DNA of 64,000 nucleotides from Nitrospirota bacterium. Its GTDB lineage: Bacteria; Nitrospirota; Thermodesulfovibrionia; Thermodesulfovibrionales; JdFR-88. The position numbers and the translations under genes are program-made. The notes beneath the pieces are model-generated. The model was not told the origin of the DNA. It made no database searches and saw only the letters and a program-made list of their open reading frames with translations. Shown here one piece after another: positions 19,178-30,526 of this stretch; position 1 is the first letter of the stretch, and the number at the start of each line of letters is the position of its first letter. The stretch spans positions 6,367-70,366 of the forward strand of contig JAJYJS010000007.1 in the NCBI GenBank assembly GCA_021789215.1, read 5' to 3'.

Positions 19178-19294
19178 ATGCTGAAAACGCTGCTGGCCTT
19201 GGCCCTAACCCTGCTTGCCGGCCTGTTTGCCATCGGCTCTGAATCCATGATATACGGCAAAAAGGAACGGGCCGGAAAAACCAAAAAAAGCTGA
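19178..19294 (+). CDS. Small (38-aa) single-TM protein, not in the ORF track
   Basis: GGAGG RBS (19163-19167); MLKTLLALALTLLAGLFAIGSESMIYGKKERAGKTKKS*; promoter-like motifs upstream. Confidence 0.55.
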   Translation: MLKTLLALALTLLAGLFAIGSESMIYGKKERAGKTKKS

Positions 19295-20473
19295 CTAGAA
19301 CCTGGCCAGCGCCTCTCTTATCCTGCCAAGACCGCGCTCTATGTCCTTTATTGACGTCGCATAGGAAAGCCGTATAAAATCGTCGTCCCCAAAGGCGTCT
19401 CCGGGGACCAGCGCCACGTTGGCCTTCTCAAGCAGATACATGGCAAGCTTCGATGAAGACCCGATCTCCGGGGATTTTCCGTACAGCGCCTTCGTGTTCG
19501 GGAAGGCGTAGAATGCGCCCGTTGGCATAGGGCACCTCATGCCCGGAATGGAATTGAGCCCTTCGACAAGGGCCTTCCTCCGTTTGCCGAACTCCGCGAG
19601 CATGGAGCCCACCGAGTCCTGCGGGCCTTTGAGGGCCTCAAGCGCGGCCATCTGGGCTATTGAAGTGGGATTGGATGTGGACTGGCTCTGAATGGAGGTC
19701 ATGGCCTTTATGAGTTGTGCCGGGCCGGCCGCGTAGCCTATCCGCCAGCCTGTCATCGCGTAAGCCTTCGAAACGCCGTTGACCACTATGGCCCTCTGCT
19801 TTATCTCCTCCCCGATGCTGGCGATACTCAGGTGCTCCGTGCCGTCATAGAGGAGCTTTTCATATATCTCGTCGGATATGATGTAAAAATTGTTCTTTAT
19901 GGCCAGCTCCGCTATGGCCTCAAGGCTCCTGCGGTCGTAAGTGAGCCCTGTGGGGTTGGAAGGCGAGTTCAGGATAAGGGCCTTCGTCCGCGGGGTTATA
20001 TGCTCACGGAGCGCTTCGGGTTCCAGCCTGAAGCTGTCCTTCTCGAAGGTCCTCACGTAAACCGGCTCCGCCCCGGCGAGCATTACCTGCTCCGGATAGC
20101 TCACCCAGTAGGGTGAGGGGATGATGGCCTCATCGCCAGGGCCAAGCAACGCCTGCATTATGTTGTAAAGGCTGTGCTTGGCGCCGCATGAAACGAGTAT
20201 CTCCTCCCTTTTATAACTTAAGGCGTTGTCTTTCTGGAACTTCTCTATTATCGCGTCCTTGAGCTTGTCAATGCCGCCCACGGCCGTGTACTTTGTAAAC
20301 CCGTCCCTGATGGCCTTTATCGCGGCCTCTTTTATGTTCTCAGGCGTGTCGAAATCCGGCTCGCCCACGCCAAAACTTATTACGTCCACCCCCGAGGCCT
20401 TCATGGCCTTTGCCTTTGAGTCTATCGCAAGCGTCGGCGAGGGTTTGATGTTTTTGGCCCTGTTAGAAAGCAT
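19295..20473 (-). CDS. aspC: Aspartate aminotransferase (class I/II PLP enzyme)
   Basis: Start at MLSNRAKNIKPSPTL; GEPDF, NSPSNPTG, SDEIYE, SKAYAMTGWRIG. Confidence 0.93.
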   Translation of the reverse strand: MLSNRAKNIKPSPTLAIDSKAKAMKASGVDVISFGVGEPDFDTPENIKEAAIKAIRDGFTKYTAVGGIDKLKDAIIEKFQKDNALSYKREEILVSCGAKHSLYNIMQALLGPGDEAIIPSPYWVSYPEQVMLAGAEPVYVRTFEKDSFRLEPEALREHITPRTKALILNSPSNPTGLTYDRRSLEAIAELAIKNNFYIISDEIYEKLLYDGTEHLSIASIGEEIKQRAIVVNGVSKAYAMTGWRIGYAAGPAQLIKAMTSIQSQSTSNPTSIAQMAALEALKGPQDSVGSMLAEFGKRRKALVEGLNSIPGMRCPMPTGAFYAFPNTKALYGKSPEIGSSSKLAMYLLEKANVALVPGDAFGDDDFIRLSYATSIKDIERGLGRIREALARF

Positions 20474-20600
20474 TTTTTTCTTTTCCACTCCTTCGGAGAA
20501 AAAATAATTAGAAATTGTACCACATCGGATAAAAAATGATAAAATGATTAAGAAATAAATAGCTTTTTTAAATGAGAAAGAACCCTCAACCAAGGAGGCC

Positions 20601-20789
20601 ATGATGAAGAAACCGGTTGTTGACCAGGACACATGCGTTGGATGCGGCTCCTGCGCCGAGCTTTGCCCGAATGTCTTCGAGCTTAAAGACGAGAAGGCAT
20701 ATGTGATTAACCCGGAGGGCTGCGATTCCTGCGACTGCGAAGCCGCGGCCGGGGTGTGTCCGGTAGAGGCAATTACGCTTGTGGACTGA
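20601..20789 (+). CDS. Small single-cluster ferredoxin
   Basis: CVGCGSC...CP and C-terminal CPVEAI; AAGGAGG RBS. Confidence 0.92.
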   Translation: MMKKPVVDQDTCVGCGSCAELCPNVFELKDEKAYVINPEGCDSCDCEAAAGVCPVEAITLVD

Positions 20790-20810
20790 GCAAATATAAA
20801 AAAACTTTAA

Positions 20811-20853
20811 AAACCAAAAAAGCCCGGGGAAAAACCCCGGGCTTTTTTGGTTT
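20811..20853. terminator. Bidirectional rho-independent terminator
   Basis: aaaccaaaaaagcccgggg-aaaaa-ccccgggcttttttggttt between convergent genes. Confidence 0.9.
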
Positions 20854-20866
20854 GGCACAGGGCCGA

Positions 20867-21277
20867 TTACCTCTTCCCGGACGCGCTTATCCTGTTGAGC
20901 TGGTCATCGAAAGAGAAAAGGTGGACATCGGGGCCGTCAGCCTTTGCGCATAAAATACAGTCTACAATGTCCAGCTTCCGCTCCGAGAAAAGGACAAGCG
21001 CCCGGATGAGCTCTTCCCTGTCTTCGTTTGCAACCCCTTTGTAATGAAGGATGCCGGTAAGACTGGCAGACGCTTTTTCTCTTGGGACTTTGTATATCCT
21101 TGTCAGGACATAAATGCACTCGGCTATAACGCTCTCCAGGACAATGACCTTCTCGCTGCCGGTTTTGACATTATCAAAAAAGGCCTTGGCCTTCGCATAA
21201 AGGCCGTCATCATCCTTTACAAGGTACCGGATAATGGTATTAGTGTCAGGGATGCTTTTTTTTGCGGGTCTTTTCAC
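20867..21277 (-). CDS. PIN-domain (VapC-type) toxin
   Basis: DTN motif, VIAECIYVL, DIVDCIL, FSFD; overlaps the upstream antitoxin gene. Confidence 0.88.
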   Translation of the reverse strand: MKRPAKKSIPDTNTIIRYLVKDDDGLYAKAKAFFDNVKTGSEKVIVLESVIAECIYVLTRIYKVPREKASASLTGILHYKGVANEDREELIRALVLFSERKLDIVDCILCAKADGPDVHLFSFDDQLNRISASGKR

Positions 21278-21503
21278 GGACGGATTCTTCCCACGCCCTT
21301 TCCTTCATATGCCTCATAGACACGCCCGGTTTTACATTTTTGGCGTACCCGGCAAGAGAACCCGCGGCATCTCTCACCGCCCTGACCATCACGGTATCAT
21401 CCACGACCTCGAAATAAACCGCCTCTGCCCTCAGCTTCTCCCTGATTTCTTTTGGGATGGTAACCTGTCCCTTTCGCGTTATCTTTATTGCAGCGGTAGT
21501 CAT
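21246..21503 (-). CDS. AbrB/MazE/SpoVT-family antitoxin
   Basis: MTTAAIKITRKGQVTIPKEIREKL; ATG at 21503. Confidence 0.88.
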   Translation of the reverse strand: MTTAAIKITRKGQVTIPKEIREKLRAEAVYFEVVDDTVMVRAVRDAAGSLAGYAKNVKPGVSMRHMKERAWEESVREKTRKKKHP

Positions 21504-21525
21504 TTTTTTAATCCTTACCTTTTTT

Positions 21526-21574
21526 AAAAGTAATACTTTTTTCAAATTGTAATGATTTTGGAAGAATCTGTCAA
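21526..21574 (-). promoter_or_regulatory. TA operon promoter and palindromic operator
   Basis: Minus-strand TTGACA-N17-TACAAT (21574-21546) and palindrome AAAAGTA-A-TACTTTT (21526-21540). Confidence 0.7.
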
Positions 21575-21724
21575 TCCCGGGAGGGAAACAGCGGCTCCTC
21601 TCCCCATGGGGGAGGGGCAGGGCGGGGAAGATCGCCTTGGGGCGTGGAAAACCCCTCATGTAAGGCATGCATTCCCGGCTTTGATTTTTCAGCGGGGCTT
21701 TTTTGGGGCGGGGCCCCAAACACT

Positions 21725-22408
21725 TTAAGGGCGGGTGGGCGGGGCAGCTTTCAGCCTCTCCAGCGCCATTTTTGCCGCCTCAGTCTCGGCCTCTTTCTTT
21801 GTCTTTCCCGTGCCCTGCCCGTAAAGTTCCCTTGAGATATAAACTGCCGAGGTAAAGAGCTTCCTGTGCTCAAGCCCCTCCTCTTTCAAAAGCCTGTAGG
21901 CGGGCAACTGGCTGAAAAGCCTTTGGCAAAGCTCCTGAAGCTCCGTCTTCGGGTCCCGGAGCTGGCCCTCCTCGGCCACCGAGAGCAATTTATCCTTCAG
22001 TATCCTCATTATCAGCGCCTTTGCCTCCTCGTATCCGCCGTCCAGGTAGACCGCGCCGGCAAGCGCCTCGAAGGCCCCGGCCAGGATGGAGTCTTTTTTC
22101 CCGCCGCCTGTGCTTATCTCGCCTTTGCCAAGCAGGATGAAATCCCCAAGCCCGATGCCGGCAGCCGCCCTGGCAAGCTCCGAGCCCCTCACAATGGCGG
22201 CCCTCGCGCGAGACATCCCGGCTTCGCTCATGCCTGTGCCAAAAAGGTATTCCGATAGCACAAGCTCCAGCACCGAATCGCCCAGGAATTCGAGCCTTTC
22301 ATTGTGCAGGGTGGATGCGTAAGAGCGGTGGGTAAGCGCCTGCCTGAGCAGTTCCTTGTCTTTGAATTTGTAGCCGGTATTCAGGTCTGAGAACGGCTCA
22401 GGGTTCAA
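21725..22408 (-). CDS. rnc: Ribonuclease III
   Basis: [18 protein letters not shown], ds[11 protein letters not shown]...GKTKKEAE; probable TTG start overlapping the fabF stop. Confidence 0.95.
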   Translation of the reverse strand: MNPEPFSDLNTGYKFKDKELLRQALTHRSYASTLHNERLEFLGDSVLELVLSEYLFGTGMSEAGMSRARAAIVRGSELARAAAGIGLGDFILLGKGEISTGGGKKDSILAGAFEALAGAVYLDGGYEEAKALIMRILKDKLLSVAEEGQLRDPKTELQELCQRLFSQLPAYRLLKEEGLEHRKLFTSAVYISRELYGQGTGKTKKEAETEAAKMALERLKAAPPTRP

Positions 22409-23639
22409 ATTTCCTGAACAGCAGGCAGGCATTCGTGCCGCCAAACCCGAAGGAGTTGGAAAGGGCGCATTTAACCGTCATTTCCCTTGCCTTATGCGGC
22501 ACATAGTCCAGGTCGCATTCGGGGTCCGGGTCGTCAAGGTTGATAGTGGGCGGCACTATGGAGTGCATGATGCTGAGCACCGATACCGCAGCCTCAACCC
22601 CGCCCGCCGCGCCAAGCAGGTGCCCCGTCATGGATTTGGTTGAACTGACGGCGACCTTGTGCGCGTGGTCTCCGAACACCTTCTTTATCGCCGCGGTCTC
22701 AAGCTCGTCGCCCTGCTTTGTGGACGTGCCGTGGGCGTTTATGTAATCGACCTCGTGCGGAGATACCCCCGCGTCCCTGAGCGCACTGGCCATGCACCTT
22801 GCCGCGCCCTCGCCCCCTGGCGCGGGCGACGTTATATGATAGGCGTCCGAACTCATCCCGAAGCCTATAAGCTCCGCATATATGCGAGCACCCCTGCGCT
22901 GGGCAAAACCAAGCTCCTCAAGGACAAGCACACCCGAGCCCTCGCCCATGATGAAGCCGTCCCTTCCTGAGTCAAAAGGCCTCGACGCCCTGTGAGGTTC
23001 GCCGTTTCTGGTCGAAAGCGCCTTCATGGCGTTGAAGCCGCCTACGCCCAGGGGGGTTATGCAGGCCTCCGTGCCCCCGGCTATCATCGCGTCGGCATCC
23101 CCGTACTGGATTATCCTGTACGCCTCGCCGATGGAGTGGCTCCCGGTGGCGCAGGCCGTAACCGCGGCGGAGTTGGGGCCCTTCGCCCCATGCCTGATCG
23201 AGATGTGCCCCGATGCCAGGTTGATTATGAGCATGGGGATGAAGAACGGACTTATGCGCCTTGGGCCTTTCTCCATGTAGGCCTTGTGGTAATGCTCGAT
23301 GGTATGCAGCCCGCCCATTCCGGCGCCCACCACAACCCCGACCCGCTCCGCGTTTGAGCCGTCTATCTTCAGGCCCGAATCCGCAAGCGCCATCCCGCCC
23401 GCCGCAAGGGCGAACTGGATGAAGCGGTCCATTTTTTTTACTTCCTTGGGCTCGATGAAGTCTTCCGGGACAAAGCCCTCAACCTCGCCCGCAATGCGCG
23501 TCGGAAACAGCGCGGCATCGAACTGGGTTATGCCCCTGATGCCGGAGCGGCCTTCGAGAAGGCCCTTCCACGTGGGCTCAAGCCCGATGCCAAGCGGAGT
23601 GATGAGGCCAAGCCCCGTTACTACTACCCTTCTCTTCAT
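22398..23639 (-). CDS. fabF: 3-oxoacyl-ACP synthase II
   Basis: [40 protein letters not shown]. Confidence 0.97.
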   Translation of the reverse strand: MKRRVVVTGLGLITPLGIGLEPTWKGLLEGRSGIRGITQFDAALFPTRIAGEVEGFVPEDFIEPKEVKKMDRFIQFALAAGGMALADSGLKIDGSNAERVGVVVGAGMGGLHTIEHYHKAYMEKGPRRISPFFIPMLIINLASGHISIRHGAKGPNSAAVTACATGSHSIGEAYRIIQYGDADAMIAGGTEACITPLGVGGFNAMKALSTRNGEPHRASRPFDSGRDGFIMGEGSGVLVLEELGFAQRRGARIYAELIGFGMSSDAYHITSPAPGGEGAARCMASALRDAGVSPHEVDYINAHGTSTKQGDELETAAIKKVFGDHAHKVAVSSTKSMTGHLLGAAGGVEAAVSVLSIMHSIVPPTINLDDPDPECDLDYVPHKAREMTVKCALSNSFGFGGTNACLLFRKFEP

Positions 23640-23869
23640 TCACCCTTTTTCTGCTTTATGTAATTTACCGCGTCCTGGACCTTTGCGATCTTCTCCGCGT
23701 CCTCGTCCGGTATCTCTATCTCGAACGCCTCCTCGAAAGCCATTACAAGCTCTACAGTGTCGAGTGAATCAGCGCCCAGGTCCTCTATGAAGGATGCCTC
23801 CGGTTTCACCTCCGCCAGGTCCACCCCAAGCTGCTTGGATATGATCTCTTTTACCTTCTGTTCTATCAT
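23636..23869 (-). CDS. acpP: Acyl carrier protein
   Basis: [14 protein letters not shown]. Confidence 0.98.
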   Translation of the reverse strand: MIEQKVKEIISKQLGVDLAEVKPEASFIEDLGADSLDTVELVMAFEEAFEIEIPDEDAEKIAKVQDAVNYIKQKKGE

Positions 23870-23918
23870 TCGCCCTCTCCTCCTTCATTTTTATATTCGT
23901 AATCCATTTGCTCAATAC

Positions 23919-24662
23919 TCACATGTACATCCCGCCGTTTACGTGTATGACCTGTCCGGTAATGTAACCCGCTCCGGGCGAGCAGAAAAACGCCACAGCG
24001 TTGGCGACGTCCCCGGGTGTCCCGAACTTGCCCGCGGGAATCGCCGACATCATCTGGTTTTTTACATCCTCCGTCAGCTTGTCCGTCATTGCCGTCGTTA
24101 TAAAGCCCGGCGCGACCGCGTTGACCGTGATCCCTCTTGCGGCGTATTCCTTCGCTATCGTCTTCGTAAGCCCCACGATGCCGGCCTTCGAAGCGCTGTA
24201 GTTCACCTGCCCCGGGTTGCCCATGAAGGCCACCACGGACGCTATGCTGACAACCCTGCCCGAACGCTGGCGCGACATTATCTTCACGGCCTCCTTCGAG
24301 CACAGGAACACGCTCTTCAGGTTCACGTTTATGACCATGTCCCAGTCCTCGGGCTTCATCCTTATGAGCAGGCCGTCCCTCGTTATCCCCGCATTGTTTA
24401 TGAGGATGTCCAGCCTGCCGAAATCGTTCTTTATCGCCTCGAAGGTTTTTTCGACGTCTTCCGGGTTGGCCACGTTCAGCGCGTATGCCTGCGTCTTGAC
24501 CCCAAGGGCGTTTTTTATCGCCCCGGCAGCGGCGCCGGCCTCCTCCGCGTTAAGGTCGCCTATGGCTATCTGGGCGCCTCTTTTAGCGAGGTCCTCGGCA
24601 ATCGCCCTGCCTATGCCCCTTGCCCCTCCCGTTATGAACGCCACCTGCCCGCTTAGTTCCAT
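23919..24662 (-). CDS. fabG: 3-oxoacyl-ACP reductase
   Basis: TGGARGIG, NNAGITRD, YSASK; adjacent to acpP. Confidence 0.96.
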   Translation of the reverse strand: MELSGQVAFITGGARGIGRAIAEDLAKRGAQIAIGDLNAEEAGAAAGAIKNALGVKTQAYALNVANPEDVEKTFEAIKNDFGRLDILINNAGITRDGLLIRMKPEDWDMVINVNLKSVFLCSKEAVKIMSRQRSGRVVSIASVVAFMGNPGQVNYSASKAGIVGLTKTIAKEYAARGITVNAVAPGFITTAMTDKLTEDVKNQMMSAIPAGKFGTPGDVANAVAFFCSPGAGYITGQVIHVNGGMYM

Positions 24663-24757
24663 TGGCAAAATACCTCCCCGGAAAAAAATCAGGGTAAATT
24701 TTAACAGGAAAAAGCATTATTTTTCCAGAGGCAAATGCCTGCACGGGGGAAAAGCCG

Positions 24758-26638
24758 TTACCTGGCAAGCAGTTTTCTCACATCCCCAACACGCAGCGTT
24801 ATCTTGTGACTGTCCAGGTATTCAAGAAAAGGGAGGGCGTATTTCCTGGATGTGCCAAGCACGTCCCTGAACTCAGACACCGCCATCTCCGGTTTTTTGG
24901 AGAAGAATTCCCGGAGCAGGGCCAGCATCTTTTCGTGGCAGGAAGATGTAATGTAGAAGGAATCGTTTATCCTTACGACGCTGCCCTCCTTGCTCATCAG
25001 CTTTAGTATGTCCGCAAGCCGCTTTTCGTCCAGCGGGATTTTTTTCGAAAGCTCCGCCCTGTCCGGGGGCTGGAAACAGGCCGCTCCAAGCTCCCTGAGC
25101 ACCTTCTGCTTTATCTGCTCGTCCTGCCCCGAAAGGGCCGCCCTGAAAGACTTTAGCCTGACCACGTCCTGCTCGGCCGCAAGCTCCGGAATCACCGGCA
25201 GGAGCCCGGAAAAAATCCTCTGGTCCACATTCAGCCGGGCCCTCAGCTCCTCCTTGGGCATGCCCGGCCTCAACGGGTTCTGCTTGTGGAACCCCTGCAA
25301 TGCGGAGACCATCTTTTCCCTGAACGCGCTGAACGCAGAGGAGTGGATTACGGTGTCCCCCACGAACACGGCGGAGCCTTCGTTTTTCAGGGCTTCGAGC
25401 GCCTTTTCTATCTCCTTCACCTGGGCCTTTATCCAGCCCTCAAGGGCCAGCCTGTCCATTCCCCGCAGCCCCGATTTGGTTATCTTCTGCGCGAGCTTTT
25501 CCCTGAGGCTGCCTTTTTCGTATATCCCCAGGTCGTCCAGACTGTCCTTCCTGCGCCTCCTCGCGGGCTGGGGGTCGAGCACGCTGCCGCCGCCTATGGT
25601 CTCAAGAGGAGAGAGCCTGCGGACTACAAACCTGTCCGTGCCCTGCGCCACAACGGGCTCCGCAAGCCTTGCCTGGGCGTATGAGGACTCTCCTTCCCTC
25701 AATTCCTGCCTGCCGTAAAGCACTATCCTGGCGACTGTTTCGGATGTGCCAAGGTGGAAGTGCACGCGGTCTCCGGTCTTGAGAGGAGGCACCCCCGCCA
25801 AAAGCTCTATCTTCACATCAAGCTCCCGTGCGGGCCTGAACCTCCCGGGACTGACCACCACATCTCCGCGCCTCAGCTCCTGCTTCTCTATGCCCTGGAG
25901 GTTCAGCGCGGCCCTCTGCCCGGCGCAGGCCTCCTTCATGGGCCTGCCATGGCTCTGTATCCCCCTTATGCGGGTTTCGATGCCCTTGGGCAGTATTTCT
26001 ACGGTGTCTTCCACCCTTGCGGTGCCGGAAAGGGCGGTGCCGGTTATGACCGTGCCAAAACCCTTCAGGGTGAAGACCCTGTCCACGGGCAGCCTGAAGA
26101 GGCCTCCGGCAGGCTTTGGTTCCACGGCAAGTGAAAGCTGCCTTATTTTCTCCTTGAGCGCCTCTATATTTTCTCCCGTCTTCGCGGACACGGGGATTAT
26201 TTCGGCGCCTTCCAGGAACGAGCCCTTTATGAAATCCCGGGCCTCCTCGCAGACAAGCTCCAGCCAGTCCCTGTCGGCCATGTCCGTTTTCGTGACCGCC
26301 ACCAAGCCCTTTTCTATCTTCAGGAGCTGGCATATCTGGAGGTGCTCCCTGCTCTGGGGCATGATGCCCTCATCGGCCGCAATCACCATCAGCACAAGGT
26401 CTATCCCGCCCGCCCCGGCAAGCATGTTCCTTATGAGCTTCTCGTGCCCGGGCACGTCGATTATGCCCACGGTGAGGCCGTCGGCTGGATAGTCCAAGTT
26501 GGCAAAACCCAAGTCTATCGTAATGCCGCGCTCCTTTTCCTCCTTGAGCCTGTCGGGGTCCGTGCCGGTAAGCGCCTTTACAAGCGTGCTCTTGCCGTGG
26601 TCTATGTGGCCTGCCGTTCCAAGGACAACGTAGCGCAT
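24758..26638 (-). CDS. selB: Selenocysteine-specific elongation factor
   Basis: [28 protein letters not shown]-terminal winged-helix [13 protein letters not shown]. Confidence 0.96.
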   Translation of the reverse strand: MRYVVLGTAGHIDHGKSTLVKALTGTDPDRLKEEKERGITIDLGFANLDYPADGLTVGIIDVPGHEKLIRNMLAGAGGIDLVLMVIAADEGIMPQSREHLQICQLLKIEKGLVAVTKTDMADRDWLELVCEEARDFIKGSFLEGAEIIPVSAKTGENIEALKEKIRQLSLAVEPKPAGGLFRLPVDRVFTLKGFGTVITGTALSGTARVEDTVEILPKGIETRIRGIQSHGRPMKEACAGQRAALNLQGIEKQELRRGDVVVSPGRFRPARELDVKIELLAGVPPLKTGDRVHFHLGTSETVARIVLYGRQELREGESSYAQARLAEPVVAQGTDRFVVRRLSPLETIGGGSVLDPQPARRRRKDSLDDLGIYEKGSLREKLAQKITKSGLRGMDRLALEGWIKAQVKEIEKALEALKNEGSAVFVGDTVIHSSAFSAFREKMVSALQGFHKQNPLRPGMPKEELRARLNVDQRIFSGLLPVIPELAAEQDVVRLKSFRAALSGQDEQIKQKVLRELGAACFQPPDRAELSKKIPLDEKRLADILKLMSKEGSVVRINDSFYITSSCHEKMLALLREFFSKKPEMAVSEFRDVLGTSRKYALPFLEYLDSHKITLRVGDVRKLLAR

Positions 26639-26769
26639 GAAACTTATTATACCCCATAACACACGCATGAATAATCGCCAAATAAAACGGTTTCGTTTGA
26701 CAACCCTCCCGGCATCTGATAATTAAAAATCAGGCACACCGCATTAAAATCGAAAGGGGGTTTTACGCT

Positions 26770-27822
26770 GTGAGGATAGCCATGCTTTCCCCTCTCTATG
26801 AAAGCGTCCCGCCAAAGTTGTACGGCGGGACCGAGAGGGTTGTTTCATATATAACCGAGGAACTTGTAAAGGCCGGGCACGAGGTGACGCTTTTTGCGTC
26901 AGGGGATTCCGAGACCTCGGCCCGCCTCGTCCCCGTGTGCGAAAGGGCGCTGAGGCTTGACCCTGAATGCCGGGACCCGCTTGCGTCCCACTTCCTGATG
27001 CTGGAAGATGTGCTGAGGCGGCAGACGGACTTCGACATCATACATTCAAACGTGGACTATGTAGGGCTGTCCTTTGCGAAGAGGTCTGCGGTGCCGGTTG
27101 TGGCCACCCTGCACGGCAGGCTCGACATAAGGGAAGTCATTACGCTCATGAAACGCTACCAGGAATTCCCGCTCATCTCCATATCCAACGCCCAGCGGAG
27201 GCCGATGCTGTTTGTGAACTGGCTTGCGACCATATATCACGGCCTGCCCCCGGACCTTTACAGCTTTAATCCAAACCCTGGTGACTACCTGGTTTACATA
27301 GGCAGGATATCTCCTGAAAAGCGCGTGGACAGCGCAATAGACATCGCGGTGAAGTCCGGCATGCCGCTTAAAATCGCGGCAAAGGTGGACAAAGTAGACA
27401 TTGAATATTTCGAGCAGGTCATCAGGCCCATGCTAAAGCACCAGCTTGTCGAATTCCTTGGAGAAGTGGGCGACAGGGACAAGAACGCCTTGCTCGGACA
27501 GGCGCTGGCAAGCCTTCACCCCGTGGACTGGCCGGAACCCTTCGGGCTTTCCATGATAGAGTCGATGGCCTGCGGCACCCCCGTGCTGGCAAGGAGAAGG
27601 GGGTCCGTGCCCGAGGTCATAGACCACGGCATTACAGGCTTCATTTTCGAAAAGAACGAGGAGGCCGTGGTCTATCTGAAAAACAACATGTTCTCTTTTT
27701 CCAGGAGGATGTGCAGGGAGCAGTTTGCAAGACGGTTCAATTCCGCAAGGATGGCCGGGGATTACCTGAAGGCCTATGAAAAGGTGCTCGAAAAAAAGGG
27801 CGGGATAAAGCGAAGTGCCTGA
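26770..27822 (+). CDS. Glycosyltransferase family 4
   Basis: VPPKLYGGTER, GRISPEK, WPEPFGLSMIESMACGTPV. Confidence 0.92.
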   Translation: MRIAMLSPLYESVPPKLYGGTERVVSYITEELVKAGHEVTLFASGDSETSARLVPVCERALRLDPECRDPLASHFLMLEDVLRRQTDFDIIHSNVDYVGLSFAKRSAVPVVATLHGRLDIREVITLMKRYQEFPLISISNAQRRPMLFVNWLATIYHGLPPDLYSFNPNPGDYLVYIGRISPEKRVDSAIDIAVKSGMPLKIAAKVDKVDIEYFEQVIRPMLKHQLVEFLGEVGDRDKNALLGQALASLHPVDWPEPFGLSMIESMACGTPVLARRRGSVPEVIDHGITGFIFEKNEEAVVYLKNNMFSFSRRMCREQFARRFNSARMAGDYLKAYEKVLEKKGGIKRSA

Positions 27823-29980
27823 GCCGGGCAAGTCCATAAGCAAGTATTACATCGTTGCGTCCTCAACCTTCATAGACCCGCACAGGCTGATCGTAAAATA
27901 CGGCGACACCTTCGGCGTATTCGACAGGTACGGCGACATAATCCCGATTGGCAAGGGCGAGCAGGGCCTCTACCACGAAGGCACCAGGTTCCTTTCGAGA
28001 TACGAAATCCAGGTGAACGGCAGGCGCCCCCTGTTCCTCAGCTCCAATGTGGACGAGGACAATATATTCCTTACCGTAGACCTGACAAACCCGCAGATAG
28101 AGCTGCGCGGCTACAGCCTGACGCAGGACTCCGTGCACATCATGCGCTCGCGGCTGCTGTTCGATGCCCAGTGCCTGGAATATATACGGCTCAGGAATTT
28201 CAGCACCGAACCCGCAAGGTTCAGTCTGGAACTGCTCTTCGACGCGGATTTGGCTGACATATTCGAGGTGCGCGGCTTCAAACGGAAAAAGAGGGGGAAG
28301 ATGCTCGAATCAGCGGCAGGCGATGGCGGACTTACCTTCTCTTACCAGGGCCTCGACGGGATAACGCGCACGACCTCGATAAGATTTTCCCGCCGTCCGG
28401 ACAGGACGAAGGGGAAGAAGGGCGTCTCGTTCGACGTGGACCTGAAACCGGGCGGCACGGAAAACATCGACGTCTCCATAGCCTACCTGAGCAGCGACCT
28501 GGGCCGTAGGGAACTGGACTTCAGAGAGGCCTCCAGAAGGGCGAAAAAACGTGAAAGCTCCCTGCGGAGCGAATGCGCCTCGCTCACCACATCGAACCAG
28601 CAGTTCAACGGATGCCTGAAGAGGGCCGTCGCGGACATAAAGATGATGCTCACGGAGACCGCCTACGGGCCTTATCCCTATGGCGGGATCCCCTGGTTCA
28701 GCACGCCTTTCGGCAGGGACGGGATAATCACGGCCATGGAATGCCTCTGGATAAACCCCGGCATAGCCAGGGGGGTGCTTAAATATCTTGCATCGAGACA
28801 GGCAAGGGATTTCGACAAGGCCAAGGCGGCCGAGCCCGGAAAGATACTTCACGAAGCCAGGAAGGGCGAGCTTGTGAATCTGGGGGAGATACCCTTCGGC
28901 CTCTACTACGGGAGCGTGGATTCCACCCCTCTTTTCCTCATGCTTGCCCATGCGTACTGGAAACGGACAGGCGATGCCGAACTGATAAAAAAACTCTGGG
29001 AACACATAGAGCTTTCCATACTCTGGATGGAAAATTACGGCGACATGGACGGCGACGGGTTCCTTGAATACATGCCGGACAGGGCGGGGCTTATAAATCA
29101 GGGGTGGAAGGACTCCCAGGATTCCGTCTTCCACAAGGACGGCTCCTTCCCTGAAGGCCCCATTGCGCTATGCGAGGTGCAGGGCTATGCGTATGCGGCA
29201 AAGAAAGGCGGCGCGGCCCTGGCCGCGCTGCTTGGCAAGAAAAACCTCGCTGAAAAACTGCTCAGTGAGGCCGGGGATCTCAAGGAGAACTTCAACCGCC
29301 AGTTCTGGGACGATGCCCTGGGGGCTTATGTCCTTGCCCTGGACGGCAGGAAAAAACCCTGCCGGGTGGTTGCCTCGAATGCGGGGCATGCCCTGTTCAC
29401 ATCCATCGCGCCGCCATCGAGGGCAAAGGCCCTCGCGGACACGCTCTTGTCCCGGCAGGTGTTTTCGGGCTGGGGCATCCGCACCGTTTCAGCCGGAGAG
29501 AAGCTCTATAACCCAATTTCCTACCATAACGGCACGGTCTGGCCGCATGACAACGCCCTCATAGCCGCGGGGTTCGCCCGCTACGGGCTGAAGGAGCAGT
29601 TCAATAAAGTATTTTCGGGCCTGTTCGAGGCCTCGCTCTTCATGGAATTTGGCAGGCTGCCCGAGCTTTTCTGCGGACTGCATAAAAGGCCGGGGCAGGC
29701 CCCCACCCTCTATCCCGTTGCCTGCACGCCGCAGACATGGGCATCGGGCTCCCTCCTGCTGATGCTCCATGCCGCAACGGGGATCGAGTTCGACCCCGAA
29801 ACCAGCACCATAGTGCTGAGGGACCCGGTGCTGCCCGGTTTCCTCGACTATGTGAGCATAAACAACCTGCCGCTTGCCGGAAAAAAGTCGATAGATTTGA
29901 GGTTGAGCAGAAAAAACGGCAGCGTCATCGTAGATGTGCCCAGAAAGCCCGATGATGTGCATGTGGTGGTTTACAAGTAG
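27815..29980 (+). CDS. Amylo-alpha-1,6-glucosidase / glycogen debranching enzyme-family protein
   Basis: GIPWFSTPFGRD, EPGKILHE, YYGSVDSTPLF, NQGWKDS, YHNGTVWPHD; overlaps the GT4 stop. Confidence 0.92.
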   Translation: MPEPGKSISKYYIVASSTFIDPHRLIVKYGDTFGVFDRYGDIIPIGKGEQGLYHEGTRFLSRYEIQVNGRRPLFLSSNVDEDNIFLTVDLTNPQIELRGYSLTQDSVHIMRSRLLFDAQCLEYIRLRNFSTEPARFSLELLFDADLADIFEVRGFKRKKRGKMLESAAGDGGLTFSYQGLDGITRTTSIRFSRRPDRTKGKKGVSFDVDLKPGGTENIDVSIAYLSSDLGRRELDFREASRRAKKRESSLRSECASLTTSNQQFNGCLKRAVADIKMMLTETAYGPYPYGGIPWFSTPFGRDGIITAMECLWINPGIARGVLKYLASRQARDFDKAKAAEPGKILHEARKGELVNLGEIPFGLYYGSVDSTPLFLMLAHAYWKRTGDAELIKKLWEHIELSILWMENYGDMDGDGFLEYMPDRAGLINQGWKDSQDSVFHKDGSFPEGPIALCEVQGYAYAAKKGGAALAALLGKKNLAEKLLSEAGDLKENFNRQFWDDALGAYVLALDGRKKPCRVVASNAGHALFTSIAPPSRAKALADTLLSRQVFSGWGIRTVSAGEKLYNPISYHNGTVWPHDNALIAAGFARYGLKEQFNKVFSGLFEASLFMEFGRLPELFCGLHKRPGQAPTLYPVACTPQTWASGSLLLMLHAATGIEFDPETSTIVLRDPVLPGFLDYVSINNLPLAGKKSIDLRLSRKNGSVIVDVPRKPDDVHVVVYK

Positions 29981-29998
29981 CCCCCTTTCCCATGCAGA

Positions 29999-30077
29999 GT
30001 CATTCCGGGCTTGATCCGGAATCCGGCTTTGTTTAATTCCCGTAAAGTCACTGGATGCCGGCTTCCGCCGGCATGAC
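29999..30077. repeat. GTCATTCCGG...CCGGCATGAC palindromic REP-like element
   Basis: Imperfect long inverted repeat; related to 31419-31511 and a fragment near 56417. Confidence 0.6.
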
Positions 30078-30120
30078 AGACAAAGCCGAAAGGGGCCAAA
30101 AGGGGATGGAAGAGGGTCAG

Positions 30121-30423
30121 CTATTGTCCCAGAATGTCCTTCCTTTTCTCCTCGAATTCCTTCTTGTCTATCTCACCGCGTGCATAACGCTTCTTCAGTA
30201 TCTCCAGGGCGGACTCCCCGCCCCTTCTCCTCTGGCCGTAAGATGCTGTCCACTTCACAAGGAGGACTACGCCGGCGATAACCACAATCCAGAATACCAG
30301 CATGAAGATGAGGCCTGCCCATCCCATGCCCCAGCCCATCGTGTCGGGGCTCGCCCCCCAGTCACGCCAGCGGAACTGGTCCAGCACGGGATAAAGACTG
30401 GAAAGAAATACATCCATCATCAT
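30121..30423 (-). CDS. SHOCT-domain membrane protein
   Basis: One TM helix plus ALEILKKRYARGEIDKKEFEE. Confidence 0.88.
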   Translation of the reverse strand: MMMDVFLSSLYPVLDQFRWRDWGASPDTMGWGMGWAGLIFMLVFWIVVIAGVVLLVKWTASYGQRRRGGESALEILKKRYARGEIDKKEFEEKRKDILGQ

Positions 30424-30526
30424 AAGTTCACATTATCAAATGCCGGAATATTGTCAACGTTTCGGGCCGGTTTTTGCGGGAGAACGGAAAAGGGAGGCCG
30501 TCAGGCCCCCCTTTGATTTGAATTTT

